From Elusimicrobiota bacterium (GTDB lineage: Bacteria > Elusimicrobiota > Elusimicrobia > F11): a DNA stretch of 64,000 nt. The DNA is taken from positions 1 through 64,000 of the forward strand of contig JAJVIP010000003.1 in the NCBI GenBank assembly GCA_022072025.1. The letters run 5' to 3'. The notes beneath the pieces were generated by a model. That model made no database searches and was not told the DNA's origin. It saw only the letters and a program-made list of their open reading frames with translations. The translations under genes and the position numbers were made by a program. Positions 39,795 to 50,234 of this stretch are shown piece after piece (position 1 is the first letter of the stretch; each line of letters starts with the position of its first letter).

Positions 39795-40578
39795 GGATCA
39801 TCTCCATAACTTCATATAATAATTTATTTATTTTAATTCGATTATTTGTATCTGGGATTGTAGAAATTTGATACTCATATTCAAATTTTTGGAAGAGTTG
39901 TTCGGCGAGAGCTTTAACCTGATCTAAACTATATTCTCCGAGCTTAATATCTATTAATTCTTGTCTATCTTCAGTCCGATACACAATCGGAGCACCATCT
40001 CGGAGAAATTCTATCCCCATTTTGAGTAGTCTAACAAGATGGGAAGCATTTTTACTATCATATCCGATTAGATCTACCATTTTTTTTCTCTTTTCGCCCA
40101 TATATCCCCGATATGGGTTAGATTCATTCATTCTTTTGAGCTGAGCCCTAGCATATCCCCCAAAACAGTTGTAAACTAGGTTTTTAGAAACAAAAAGGTG
40201 GCGGTTATCAATCACATACTGCCAAACGGGGGAGATATTAATATAATCCTCTTTCCGCATATAAAGTGTATTGATTACATTGGGGTTCATCCCGCTCAAA
40301 AGCACAAACATTTTGTGGAGCTCATATCCCACCTCATCAATCGCATCTTGTTTAACTTCGTATGTTTCTTTGGCATGGGCATACCCCTCTAGGGTATAGT
40401 AATATTGTTTGGGATAAGCGAATACGGAAATGGTGTCTATGTCATCTGTCCCCCATTTTTCCTCTGGTGGAACATATAAGTTGTGAGCGTGAGATCCCCG
40501 ATATGCAAGCATAAGGGGTATTTTCTCAAACATTTTATTATAAATGCTTTCTGGTTTGCCCAATCTTTCCCTGACCAT
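39772..40578 (-). CDS. Pol-beta superfamily nucleotidyltransferase
   Basis: YRGSHAHNLYVPPEEKWGTDDIDTISV fits the hG[GS]x(9-13)Dh[DE]h signature. 268 aa. Confidence 0.4.
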   Translation of the reverse strand: MVRERLGKPESIYNKMFEKIPLMLAYRGSHAHNLYVPPEEKWGTDDIDTISVFAYPKQYYYTLEGYAHAKETYEVKQDAIDEVGYELHKMFVLLSGMNPNVINTLYMRKEDYINISPVWQYVIDNRHLFVSKNLVYNCFGGYARAQLKRMNESNPYRGYMGEKRKKMVDLIGYDSKNASHLVRLLKMGIEFLRDGAPIVYRTEDRQELIDIKLGEYSLDQVKALAEQLFQKFEYEYQISTIPDTNNRIKINKLLYEVMEMIHADSSTA

Positions 40579-40812
40579 GGTTATGCTCCATATATCTTGC
40601 TAATATATATATAAATATTAATGCTCCAGCAGACAACAGCGTCACGATGGGGGCATAAAGAAAGGAGAAGTGGAACATTATCCCCACCCACAAACAGACA
40701 CTGCCCTTAAAGTATAAACTGTTTCTAAGCGTTCTATTTTGCAACATAGTATCCTAATACACCTAAGATAAGTATTGTAATCACAAAATAATACAAAAGC
40801 AAATCGGCGTGC

Positions 40813-41292
40813 TTATCGCTCGCATTTCTGCCCATCTTTTTTCTCCCACTCTCTTTTATATGCTTCATAAGACTCTTGTGGCACCTGACGGCTATCATGT
40901 CCGACATAGTAAAGCGTAGGATCTTGTACTGGCTTTCTCCAGAAGGCAAGATCTATAAAGTGTGTAAATGTTGGAGTGAGCCTATCGCTATTGCGGCATC
41001 CAACAATGTCTTCGTCTAGTTCCCAGTGGTAATTTTGATCCCACTCTGGCCAATCAGTACATTCGAGTTCTAGATATTTAGTTTGGTCAAAGTGTTTATT
41101 CCCAATACCCAGAAAGAATGTTTCTCTTTGTACTCTGAATGGGACAATTGTGGAAATGTTTAGCGTAGCTTGGCGATAGTCGCCGTTACAGAAAGTTTGG
41201 TAGTTGCGGTTAGCTTCGAAACTCGGCCACTTTACATCAATATATATCCCAAGAATCAAAAAGGTTAAAACTGCTAGAAATAGTTTGTTCAT
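40813..41292 (-). CDS. secreted hypothetical protein
   Basis: N-terminal signal/TM, Cys and Trp-rich. Confidence 0.3.
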   Translation of the reverse strand: MNKLFLAVLTFLILGIYIDVKWPSFEANRNYQTFCNGDYRQATLNISTIVPFRVQRETFFLGIGNKHFDQTKYLELECTDWPEWDQNYHWELDEDIVGCRNSDRLTPTFTHFIDLAFWRKPVQDPTLYYVGHDSRQVPQESYEAYKREWEKKDGQKCER

Positions 41293-41314
41293 GTGTGTCC
41301 CCCGCTATCTATAT

Positions 41315-41343
41315 TATATCATCATTATACTACTAAAATAGAT
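41315..41343 (-). promoter_or_regulatory. sigma70 promoter TTGACA-17-TATAAT (minus strand)
   Basis: Plus-strand tgtcaa 41338-41343 and attata 41315-41320. Confidence 0.5.
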
Positions 41344-41348
41344 TGTTG

Positions 41349-41819
41349 TCAAGTTCTAATGTTATATTTTTCTAATACCAACTGTTCCCCTGCCCAGGCA
41401 CCTATTAGATACGCCGCATAAACTAATGCACGGGGATCGCGACTCTCCATATGGGTAATTACTTCATCGAGCACTTCTGATGGTTTGAATGCCCCCCGTT
41501 TTCTAATTTTAATAGATCGATTAACCTCTAACATGACATTGTTTGCTATAGTTTGATATAGTCCCATGGCTGGGGCTAATTCTTTTTGAGAATGATCAAA
41601 ATCAATCATCATTAAGTCCTTGGATTTTTCTGGGGGGAGGAGGAAAGAAGATGTTTTTGGCGGCAAAGTATTCTTCATTGTCGGCAAGGCCAGCGAGTAT
41701 ATCTGCGGCTTCAACTTTTTTACGCAACTTGGCAAGGGCTTTCTGGATTTGGGGGATTGTTTTTGGTTTTGGGTTTTTGACATTTTCATGTTTCCAATAT
41801 TTTTCTTTACATTCGTCAT
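41349..41819 (-). CDS. hypothetical protein
   Basis: 156 aa. Confidence 0.3.
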   Translation of the reverse strand: MTNVKKNIGNMKMSKTQNQKQSPKSRKPLPSCVKKLKPQIYSLALPTMKNTLPPKTSSFLLPPEKSKDLMMIDFDHSQKELAPAMGLYQTIANNVMLEVNRSIKIRKRGAFKPSEVLDEVITHMESRDPRALVYAAYLIGAWAGEQLVLEKYNIRT

Positions 41820-41895
41820 TACAAAACCATGTCTGAGGATCTCCCTCTGGCAGGTCTGCCTGACAATTATAGCATTTATAAATCATGTAACAAAG

Positions 41896-42231
41896 TTATT
41901 TTTGAGCAGGTTTTTTTAATAATTTATACTCTTTATACAACTCTCTTACCAGAAATAGATAGTTACAAGCGTCTCTAAGCGTATCCTCAAAACTCTCATC
42001 TTTAACTTCGAATAATTCTTTTCTAGCAAAAGTTTCTAAGCGAGATACTTTATCTGAGAATCTTACAAGTGCCCCACGCCAAGCGGGGACTCCAAAGTTC
42101 TCTGACTTACGAAAGTTCCATAATGGATCATCTTGTGATCCTGTATAGTCGTGGTTCTTGGCTAGAAGAATATCCCTCATTGCCCCCACAAACTCATCAA
42201 AATCTTTAGTCATCTGATCTCTGGTGGTCAT
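41896..42231 (-). CDS. hypothetical protein (DUF1599-like)
   Basis: AKNHDYTGSQDDPLWNF pattern. Confidence 0.3.
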   Translation of the reverse strand: MTTRDQMTKDFDEFVGAMRDILLAKNHDYTGSQDDPLWNFRKSENFGVPAWRGALVRFSDKVSRLETFARKELFEVKDESFEDTLRDACNYLFLVRELYKEYKLLKKPAQK

Positions 42232-42270
42232 ATCAATCCTCCCCGTGAATATAAGAAAATTATTATACCA

Positions 42271-42651
42271 CTAATAGTAAATAAATTTGCCCGTGGCGGG
42301 ATCTATCATTCCCTTAGCGTTTAGTTTATCTAACGACTCCCCATCATCTAACTTATATTTCTCCCTCTCCTCTTTAGTGGGTTGTCTTTCATCATCACAC
42401 ATTTTACATACCATTTTTGTATATTTTTTAGGGAAAGTGTGTGATGGTTGATAATTATGTTCGCTCCCGTTTAGACAATCAGCTTTTTCTGCGTCATAAC
42501 TAAAAGATATACTTGTTGTATAAACAAAAGTTTTTCCACAATCCGCACAGTCCTGTCTATAAGTCCTATCTTCTTCATAGCCCACGCCGTCATCGTGATC
42601 TATCTCTTGCCCCTTACCACAATATGGACAATCTACATCTGGATATGACAT
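42271..42651 (-). CDS. zinc-ribbon protein
   Basis: CPYCGK...CADCGK...CKMCDD motifs. Confidence 0.3.
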   Translation of the reverse strand: MSYPDVDCPYCGKGQEIDHDDGVGYEEDRTYRQDCADCGKTFVYTTSISFSYDAEKADCLNGSEHNYQPSHTFPKKYTKMVCKMCDDERQPTKEEREKYKLDDGESLDKLNAKGMIDPATGKFIYY

Positions 42652-43237
42652 ATTATTTCTCCTTTAGTATTTTTTCTATCTTTTCTAATCTAAGCAACAC
42701 TTCAGCGAGTAAAACTCTAGATCGTCTAGCCTCTAGTGCTCCACCAAAAAGCTCAACTGGCTTCTGGATGTTTACATTCACCCAGTCTATAAATCTCTGT
42801 GCTGATATTCCATGTGGTATATTCATTTAGTCCTCCAGTGATTTTCTTTCTCTTTCCTCAAACTCCTCTGTTGATATGTGACCATCCTCCCACCACTTTT
42901 TATCACATGACCAACAAAACCCATATAGCTCAAGATATTTTTTGTCTTGGTAAGACCATAATTCTTGATGACAGTGTGGGCAGGTGTCGGGCATACTATC
43001 TCCTATTCATAGGATTTGCGTATAATATATTATCTATACATGATTGATAAAAGTCGTAGTTCTCAAACTGTGTTCCCTTAAAAGCGGGCTTTGTAAGTTC
43101 CGCCCCATAGCGACAATTTTCTTTAGTTTGTTCGCCTACTGTAGGTGTGTGGTCGCCCAAAAATTTAGTTGTTAGGCGAAAAGTTCCATATCCCACAATT
43201 GCTAAGAACAGAAGAACAACTATTGATACTATTGTCC

Positions 43238-43831
43238 TCATTTAACCTCCAAATATCTCTGATAGTATGTACAGTCTTTTAGATAGATCCCGTTTGGTTT
43301 CCCTTTATTGTAGTAGCATAAAGTCATTGCTAGATTGCCATCAAACCTCTCTAAATTCTCCCTGACCCAGCGTTGTACTCTAGCAGTCCCCTCCTCATGA
43401 GTACTAAAGCAGAATGTACTACTTCCATCTGGGACATTGTATCCATACTCGTTTGATTGCCCCCGCTCCCTACACCAAACATGGTGTCCAGATTTTGCTG
43501 TTCCCCTAGTGCTTTCTAAAGCCCAAATCTTATCTACAACAGCTACTACATCCACCTTTTCACTTGACACTTGAGTGTCAACTGTCAATGGTGATGGTGC
43601 TGGAGTAGAAGCAATGGCATGAGTAGAATGACCAAGCGGAGAGATAATAATAGGTTGAGGAGGATCATCATACAACCATTTAATAGTTGCCCCGAGGGTA
43701 AACAATCCTACAAATAGAATTGTCCCTGCCCAGCGACCCTTTTTATGTTTGTTTCTGCGTCTCATATTAATACCTATATAACTCCATAACTTCATCACTG
43801 CATTTGACAAGTGAGCGAATAACTTTTTCAT
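43238..43831 (-). CDS. membrane-anchored protein with possible lytic transglycosylase-like motif
   Basis: N-terminal TM. WALESTRG resembles the SLT catalytic ES motif. Weak call. Confidence 0.25.
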   Translation of the reverse strand: MKKLFAHLSNAVMKLWSYIGINMRRRNKHKKGRWAGTILFVGLFTLGATIKWLYDDPPQPIIISPLGHSTHAIASTPAPSPLTVDTQVSSEKVDVVAVVDKIWALESTRGTAKSGHHVWCRERGQSNEYGYNVPDGSSTFCFSTHEEGTARVQRWVRENLERFDGNLAMTLCYYNKGKPNGIYLKDCTYYQRYLEVK

Positions 43832-44144
43832 TGCGAACTTTACCTCCCGAGCTTAAAACACGCTCGTAACTAGCTTGTAGGTGCATATCCCCGTCTAAAT
43901 TATCTGCAAGCTCTAAGTTAGCGTCTAGCGAGTGATAGATACACCAATCAGCTATCCCACCACGAAAGATCACTATCTTTACCATTACACTTCTATGATC
44001 ATCTGCGATAAAATCTTTAGCCTGGTTAAACCATGGATGTTCGATAAATCCCTGTCCCTGCCAGAGTACACTATGTGGCTTGGCATTATCCAACATTTCT
44101 TTAGTCAATTCTAAAACTGGTGCTTGTTCTTGCCAATATATCAT
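43767..44144 (-). CDS. hypothetical protein
   Basis: 125 aa. Confidence 0.3.
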   Translation of the reverse strand: MIYWQEQAPVLELTKEMLDNAKPHSVLWQGQGFIEHPWFNQAKDFIADDHRSVMVKIVIFRGGIADWCIYHSLDANLELADNLDGDMHLQASYERVLSSGGKVRNEKVIRSLVKCSDEVMELYRY

Positions 44145-44151
44145 AAATCTC

Positions 44152-45045
44152 CTATCTATTTTTCACTCTACATATTATATCATACTCTATCTGTCCTGTC
44201 AACTTTTCTCCTGTTATATTCTCATATAACCATTTAATATCATTATTGATTACAAACTTGTTTATCCAGCTTCCCCCATCTATAGCCTGTTTAATTTCTC
44301 TGTATGGTAATACAAGTTCTCTAGGAGCTATCACTTCTGGAGATGTCCCCACATCTATCACTATTCGCCCCTCCTCGTCTAATTCGTGTAGCCCCGTGGC
44401 GGTCATCATTAATCCTATCCCCTCTTGGCTATCCCCAAATCGATTCTTTTTAGCCTCTATAAATCTCCCGCCCTCCTCATCTTTACTCACAAAGAATACT
44501 GCATCTACAGTATGCTGTAGTGTTAGAAGTCCAGCGATCATGCCTGACTTAGTAGAGTGTCCGATTATAACTAATACTTTTGGGGTAGGTTTAATGTAAG
44601 ACTGGAGCTCATCTAAACAATATCTCATTTGAGTCGGCGATCCTGGGAGTGCTTTCTTTTTGATTGATCGTAGCATTTGCAAACTATCTACAATTAAGAT
44701 GTCTGCATTAATCTCTTTATCAATAGAGAAGAGATCCTCTAAACTAGTGGTTTCAGTACAGATAATTTTGGGGTCAAGTGTCCCCAATCTATCAGCCCTT
44801 GATTTTACTTGTGGGAGATTTTCTTCCCCACACACATACAATACTTTTTTGTTTCGAATGGCTAGGTTGTGGGACAACTGGAGAAGGAGCGTAGACTTTC
44901 CCACCCCTGGTTCTCCTGCTAACATCACCACTTCCCCAGGCACAAATCCCCCGCCTAGCAGTCTATCTATTGCCGTCATTCCCGTGATAATCCTCTCTTG
45001 TCTCACACTAGGGATACGGTTGATTGACTTTACATTAACTGTCAT
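44152..45045 (-). CDS. RecA-superfamily ATPase (RadA/Sms or DnaB C-terminal like)
   Basis: Walker A GEPGVGKSTLLLQ, Walker B ILIVDSLQ. RecA-like core without a zinc finger. Confidence 0.5.
   Translation of the reverse strand: MTVNVKSINRIPSVRQERIITGMTAIDRLLGGGFVPGEVVMLAGEPGVGKSTLLLQLSHNLAIRNKKVLYVCGEENLPQVKSRADRLGTLDPKIICTETTSLEDLFSIDKEINADILIVDSLQMLRSIKKKALPGSPTQMRYCLDELQSYIKPTPKVLVIIGHSTKSGMIAGLLTLQHTVDAVFFVSKDEEGGRFIEAKKNRFGDSQEGIGLMMTATGLHELDEEGRIVIDVGTSPEVIAPRELVLPYREIKQAIDGGSWINKFVINNDIKWLYENITGEKLTGQIEYDIICRVKNR
44174..44202 (-). promoter_or_regulatory. sigma70 promoter TTGACA-17-TATAAT (minus strand)
   Basis: Plus-strand tgtcaa 44197-44202 and attata 44174-44179. Confidence 0.5.
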
Positions 45046-46031
45046 CTAATCCCCCTTATTTAATCTCTGATAATTTGCGTGCCTCCCAATATAGATCCCT
45101 TTCTACTGGTAGTCCCAGCTTACCCCTTATACTCTCTAATTCTTTCAAACTAAAATACCCCAGCTCTCGCTCTAACCCATCCACCAATCCAAAGAATGTA
45201 TCATCACCATCAAACTCGGTGGCATACCAGGTCCAGCTACTGTCTGGTGTGAAGAATTTAACATAGGCTATAGCTTCCATGCCTTTCTCATCTTGAGAAT
45301 AAAGCGGTGGTAATTTCTTTAGTATTTCTTTAGTCAATAGTTTCATATACTCCTTAGTTATCTAGTTCACGATTATAATAAAATGCGTATGGATTCAACT
45401 TGCTAACTGCTAACCCATATTTTGGGATAGATTTATCTATAATCTTTGTGAGTGTGTCACCCTCCTCGACCACCAATCCCCCTGCCACCGCCCTTTCTAT
45501 AATCTTAGTATGGGGTACATTGCGATAGTTATAATAATCAGATAGCGTTGATAGTTTCATTTTGTATAATCCTTTTCAACTGTAGTATCTAGTTTTCCAT
45601 TCTCATCTATAATCAACCACTCATTATTTTTGAGCGTTTTAGCTCCAAGTAGTCCCCAGTTTGATTTTCCCTTATCCCCACCCCGTAGCACTTTTAGCCG
45701 TATCTCTTTAATCTGTCCGAAGATCCCCCTAACTGCATATATCCCTATAGCATATGATTTTTTGAGTTTTGGCATATTTCTCCTAATCTAATATAATTCC
45801 ATTATATTTTTCATCTGGTTTCAGGTCTGGGTGTACCTCATCACAATATACAGTGTTCCCAGGAGATACCCACAATTTTGCCCCACAATATTTGCACTTA
45901 TAGTCTTTCCCCTTGAGCTCCTGCTCCCCAGTATGCCAGTATGGGGATGTGCGGTAGGCAACTTTTATAGTTTTCATATATTTTTTATTAATTCCTTATA
46001 TAAGTTTATATAATCTTATATATTCGCTATA

Positions 46032-46529
46032 TTATTTTACCTGTCCCGTAGCAACGGCTTTCAAGATTGATCTATCACTAGCGGGCTGATACCACCCCTC
46101 CCCATTACTAAACACGGCGACCCTGACAATCTGGTAGGTGTGGCGAGCATAAACCGCCTCAATCTGGCGTTTAATTTTATCTACCCGATTTTGTAGCGTT
46201 TTATTAAGTTTAATATCCTCGACTTCCTGCAAGTCAATATCAAACATCGCCCCCTGGTAGTATCCGCTTTCTACTATGGCATATATACTCACCCTATCCC
46301 AATCTTTCGACTCTTTATCATAAATAGGTAGATCCCATCTGCAAATTCGCTGTACATCCCGCCCGTGGTAGCCGTCATCATCATAGTGGATTTTTGGCTC
46401 AATCTTAGCTAGATCACTAGCGACATTAGCAATAGCGTCATCAAACTGCCAGCTCTCAAGCTCCTCATTAACCCCGATTGTATAGTGTCTAGGTGCTGTA
46501 CTTGGTAAACTAAAATTGCAGGTACTCAT
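46032..46529 (-). CDS. hypothetical protein
   Basis: 165 aa. Promoter at 46562-46590 (- strand). Confidence 0.3.
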   Translation of the reverse strand: MSTCNFSLPSTAPRHYTIGVNEELESWQFDDAIANVASDLAKIEPKIHYDDDGYHGRDVQRICRWDLPIYDKESKDWDRVSIYAIVESGYYQGAMFDIDLQEVEDIKLNKTLQNRVDKIKRQIEAVYARHTYQIVRVAVFSNGEGWYQPASDRSILKAVATGQVK

Positions 46530-46789
46530 TTTGTCCCCCTTGAGTATTTTATTATAGTTATATTATACCATATTATATAGATAATGTCAAGTTATCTATT
46601 AATAATCTCATCTATATCTGATAATTGATCCCCCGTGAGAGGTAGAATAGTCATAATCATTGTACCTGCTATCAGGGCTCTAGTGTGTTCTGGCGTTCCT
46701 GGTAGAGTAGCGTCTTGCCATTTTGTGATTGCCTCTAGTGCTTTAGCTTGCTCTTTAGTCATTGCTTTCATATATCCCCCCGATATTAA

Positions 46790-47353
46790 TTAAGCGTACC
46801 ATGATCTATATTCTGGTCGCCCGTCCCACTTACTAGCACTAGCGACTTGATTGATATTGACACAATACTGATCTTTATCCTGACTGTAGCACTTGACCAC
46901 TCTAGTTATAGGCTTTGTTTTCAAAAATGCCCCTGGTCGTGGTATTACATAATCAGCCATACTATTCGCCGTGTCCCGATCTGTAGGCTGTAACCCTATT
47001 TCCTGGATGGTGACTGATTTATTTTTAACCTCTAGCACTTGGTAGAAGTCCACATTCGTTTGATCATGTCCCCACGAAGCGGATAGAATATCCCCCACCT
47101 TAGCGGGGTTTATCATCTCCTTGCGAGCTTTCGCCCGATCTAGTTTAGCTTGAGCGTGTGATCTAATATTTGAGATGAAGTTATTGATATAGTTTGTTCT
47201 ATTTTGATCACTTGTAAAGTAGAATGCCTTATAAAATCTATTCCAGGCTTTCTTGGCGTTATTATTATATATGGTTAGCTCATAATGGATTAATCCCCTA
47301 ATCTCTCGATCATTTTTAACAAATTCGTACTTGCCCTCAATTATGCTTGTCAT
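46790..47353 (-). CDS. hypothetical protein
   Basis: 187 aa. GGGGGAU-type SD. Confidence 0.3.
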   Translation of the reverse strand: MTSIIEGKYEFVKNDREIRGLIHYELTIYNNNAKKAWNRFYKAFYFTSDQNRTNYINNFISNIRSHAQAKLDRAKARKEMINPAKVGDILSASWGHDQTNVDFYQVLEVKNKSVTIQEIGLQPTDRDTANSMADYVIPRPGAFLKTKPITRVVKCYSQDKDQYCVNINQVASASKWDGRPEYRSWYA

Positions 47354-47766
47354 TTTATCCCCCCTATAAATAGTTGATATGCCCTACTTGTCAAATTACC
47401 TCTGATATTCCAGATGTTTTCCTCTAGCGTGTCGAGAGGTTTTGGATATATAACCCAGTACTTCTCCCCCACTTCCAGGCGGTTTTCTCTCTTAGCTTTC
47501 CTCAATTTTGCTACATAGGAGCGGGTTTGGCGGGCGACCTTGGCGACTTGTTTTGTTTTCCAGTACTCAATACTATCCACCCCTTGCAAAGCCTCGGCAC
47601 AATCACTACCTACATCGAAGCACTCGCCAGACTCATTCCGAAGGGTGACTACTAGATTAATAGGTAGGTCGCAATTTTGGCAGGTACAGAAGTTGTCGCC
47701 CAGATAATCAGCTTTAATAGCTGTATACTTGCAGTTTATGGGTAGGTGTCCGTCAATCGCTTTCAA
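47350..47766 (-). CDS. hypothetical Cys-rich protein
   Basis: 138 aa. Promoter at 47797-47825 (- strand). Confidence 0.3.
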   Translation of the reverse strand: MKAIDGHLPINCKYTAIKADYLGDNFCTCQNCDLPINLVVTLRNESGECFDVGSDCAEALQGVDSIEYWKTKQVAKVARQTRSYVAKLRKAKRENRLEVGEKYWVIYPKPLDTLEENIWNIRGNLTSRAYQLFIGGIK

Positions 47767-48946
47767 GTTGTCCCCCTTGTTTAATTGATTAATTACATTA
47801 TATCATATTATATATAGATTGTCAAGTATTAGAGATGGTATGATCAGTTTGGAGATTATCCCCCATGGTTTCCACGGTGTACCCATAGCGAAGCACGGTA
47901 TACCAAGCGTGAAGCATACCCCGTATTGACTGGGTAGGTTCGTAGTCATCGGGATCATTGTTTACTATAGGTTGTCCCATAGTATTTGTGGGTTCTATTG
48001 CTTTTATCTCCATAATTGTATTGTATATCATGTTATAACCTCCCCGCTAGAGTGTATATATATTGATCATTATCCCCCGTATAGTATGATCGTGTAACCT
48101 TGCCATATACCCGTATTACCTCTATATGGTCACGGCTTCCCCGTGCTAACTCCCAGATTTTACCCCGTGCAATGTCCACCCCTTGGCTGGGGTTATCCGC
48201 CATTACTTCGATATGCTTGCCTGTAGTTGTGATATATGTATATTGCCTCATAATCCCCCCGTATATATTAACTAAAGTCTCGACCATTTCCGCAGATGTT
48301 ACAGTATCCCCCAGGGTTTTGATGTTCTATCCCATGGCTACACCTCTCCCACTTCTCACCCCGTAACCGCTCCACCTGCATGGCATAATATGAGGATTGC
48401 CACCCTGCACGGGGTTTATCACCTGCTATTAATTCCCTACACCTCGGGCAATTCTGATCATATTTTGAGAATACCCGCTTGCAATTGTCTAGATGTTTAG
48501 TCATATATCCCCCGTGATTATATTATTGACTATCAAACATTTTTTTGAGTCCCTGTACTAGTCTGAATCCTTCGTTAGGTGTGAGGCCGTGATCTAGTGC
48601 AAACTTATCAATTGTTAGATAATCATTGACCCATTCTAGATATAACTCCTGTAATTGTTGATAGATTGTCATATGATCCCCCCTTAGTTATTTTGATAAT
48701 ATTCGATAATGTCCGCTAGTAGTCGCCCTAGTGATCGCCTATGTTGTATGATCTTACCGTCTCGCACTAATTCCGCATTAATACTATAGGATGTTTTCCC
48801 GTCTACCCTCTCCCATGTGCTACCGCTTCGATCTTGGGTTATCTCTATCTTGTGACCGTTTACAATAAACTTGATTATCATATTATCCCCCTATAGCCGT
48901 ATATAATAGATTGGCTATAATCCCGCCACATTATGGCGGGTAATAA

Positions 48947-49303
48947 CTAACCTATCAGATCAAACTCTGACCCCTTGATAAACTTTAGGCCTATAGTTTC
49001 TTGTCCCCATTCTGTCCGCTTAGTCTCGGCTAGTCTCTCAACCTCTCCCCTATGCTTGGCTAGTCCCTCGCTATCTGTACTGCTTGCCACGGTGTGTATA
49101 GTCTCGGTTATATATTCGCCATTATCGGCTATATATCCCCCTGTCACTTTAGTAACTGTCACCCCTCCAAACCATTGACTAAATTGTTTTGCTATCTCAC
49201 TCACTCGCTTGGCTATTGTTGCCTTGCTAGACTTCCCCGCCAGTCCCGTTGTGCTAGGTACATAAAATATAGCTTCCCTGTCTAGTTTTAATATTGTGCT
49301 CAT
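48947..49303 (-). CDS. hypothetical protein
   Basis: 118 aa. One of about 10 small minus-strand genes between 47.8 and 50.2 kb, each preceded by ATCCCCC on the + strand (SD GGGGGAU). Confidence 0.3.
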   Translation of the reverse strand: MSTILKLDREAIFYVPSTTGLAGKSSKATIAKRVSEIAKQFSQWFGGVTVTKVTGGYIADNGEYITETIHTVASSTDSEGLAKHRGEVERLAETKRTEWGQETIGLKFIKGSEFDLIG

Positions 49304-49886
49304 ATAATCCCCCTTTGATATATATTGTTATATTTTGATATGGTTATGCTTCTTTTGCATTCCCCCCGACTGTCACCAGATTAACCCCGTATCGCTTGGC
49401 TTCAGTCTCTACCCGCTTTTGATCGTAGCCGTCTAGTGGCTGATCATTGGCTAGATCAATCTCTGGCGTGAATCCTAGTTGTAGTTTTCTAACTATCTCT
49501 AGTGATAATCCCATATTATCCCCCTTTCCAGGTTATTACCTGGTTACTATATAACTATCTAACTGACTATTGACATATACGGGTATTATACGGGGTTTTG
49601 ATTTTACCCTGACTATAACCCGCTCACGGCGTGATCGTGTTCGCCATGATTTAATTCCCCCGTTGTGGCGATGGTTATATTCTATCTTTTCTTTTATGAG
49701 TTTATAGATTGCATAGATAACACCCCAGATTAATGATAGATAGATGGTCCAGAGTGTAAGAGTTGAAAGTATTTGAGTTGTGTCTATCATGTGTCCCCCT
49801 TGTGTATGTATATCTATATATGATTATATAGTATAGTGGTATAGTGTCAATAGATCAAACTAGATCAATATCTATATCGAACTATA

Positions 49887-50234
49887 TCACTCTGGATCAG
49901 ATGTGGATTTCTCCCCTGTTATTCTCTCGAAGGTATCAAAACACGCTCTAGACTGTGTTATATACCCATATTCACCAGTACACCCTGCAATAAAGTCATG
50001 TACTGATAACAATATCCCCGCCGTCTCGCTATCTTCTGCCCATTTTAACCCGCCGATTATATCCCGTTTTAGTATGGCTTGACTGATGGCATACTCATGC
50101 TGTGAGATATTGATAGTATATGTGGTGTCCGCTGGGACGGCATAACCCCGATTGTAACCGATCTTATACCCGATCAATAGGGATAGACCTATAATAATTG
50201 ACAGTCCTATAACCTTGCGTTTTGGGTAGTTCAT
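49887..50234 (-). CDS. small membrane protein
   Basis: 115 aa with an N-terminal TM helix. First gene of the minus-strand block. Confidence 0.3.
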   Translation of the reverse strand: MNYPKRKVIGLSIIIGLSLLIGYKIGYNRGYAVPADTTYTINISQHEYAISQAILKRDIIGGLKWAEDSETAGILLSVHDFIAGCTGEYGYITQSRACFDTFERITGEKSTSDPE

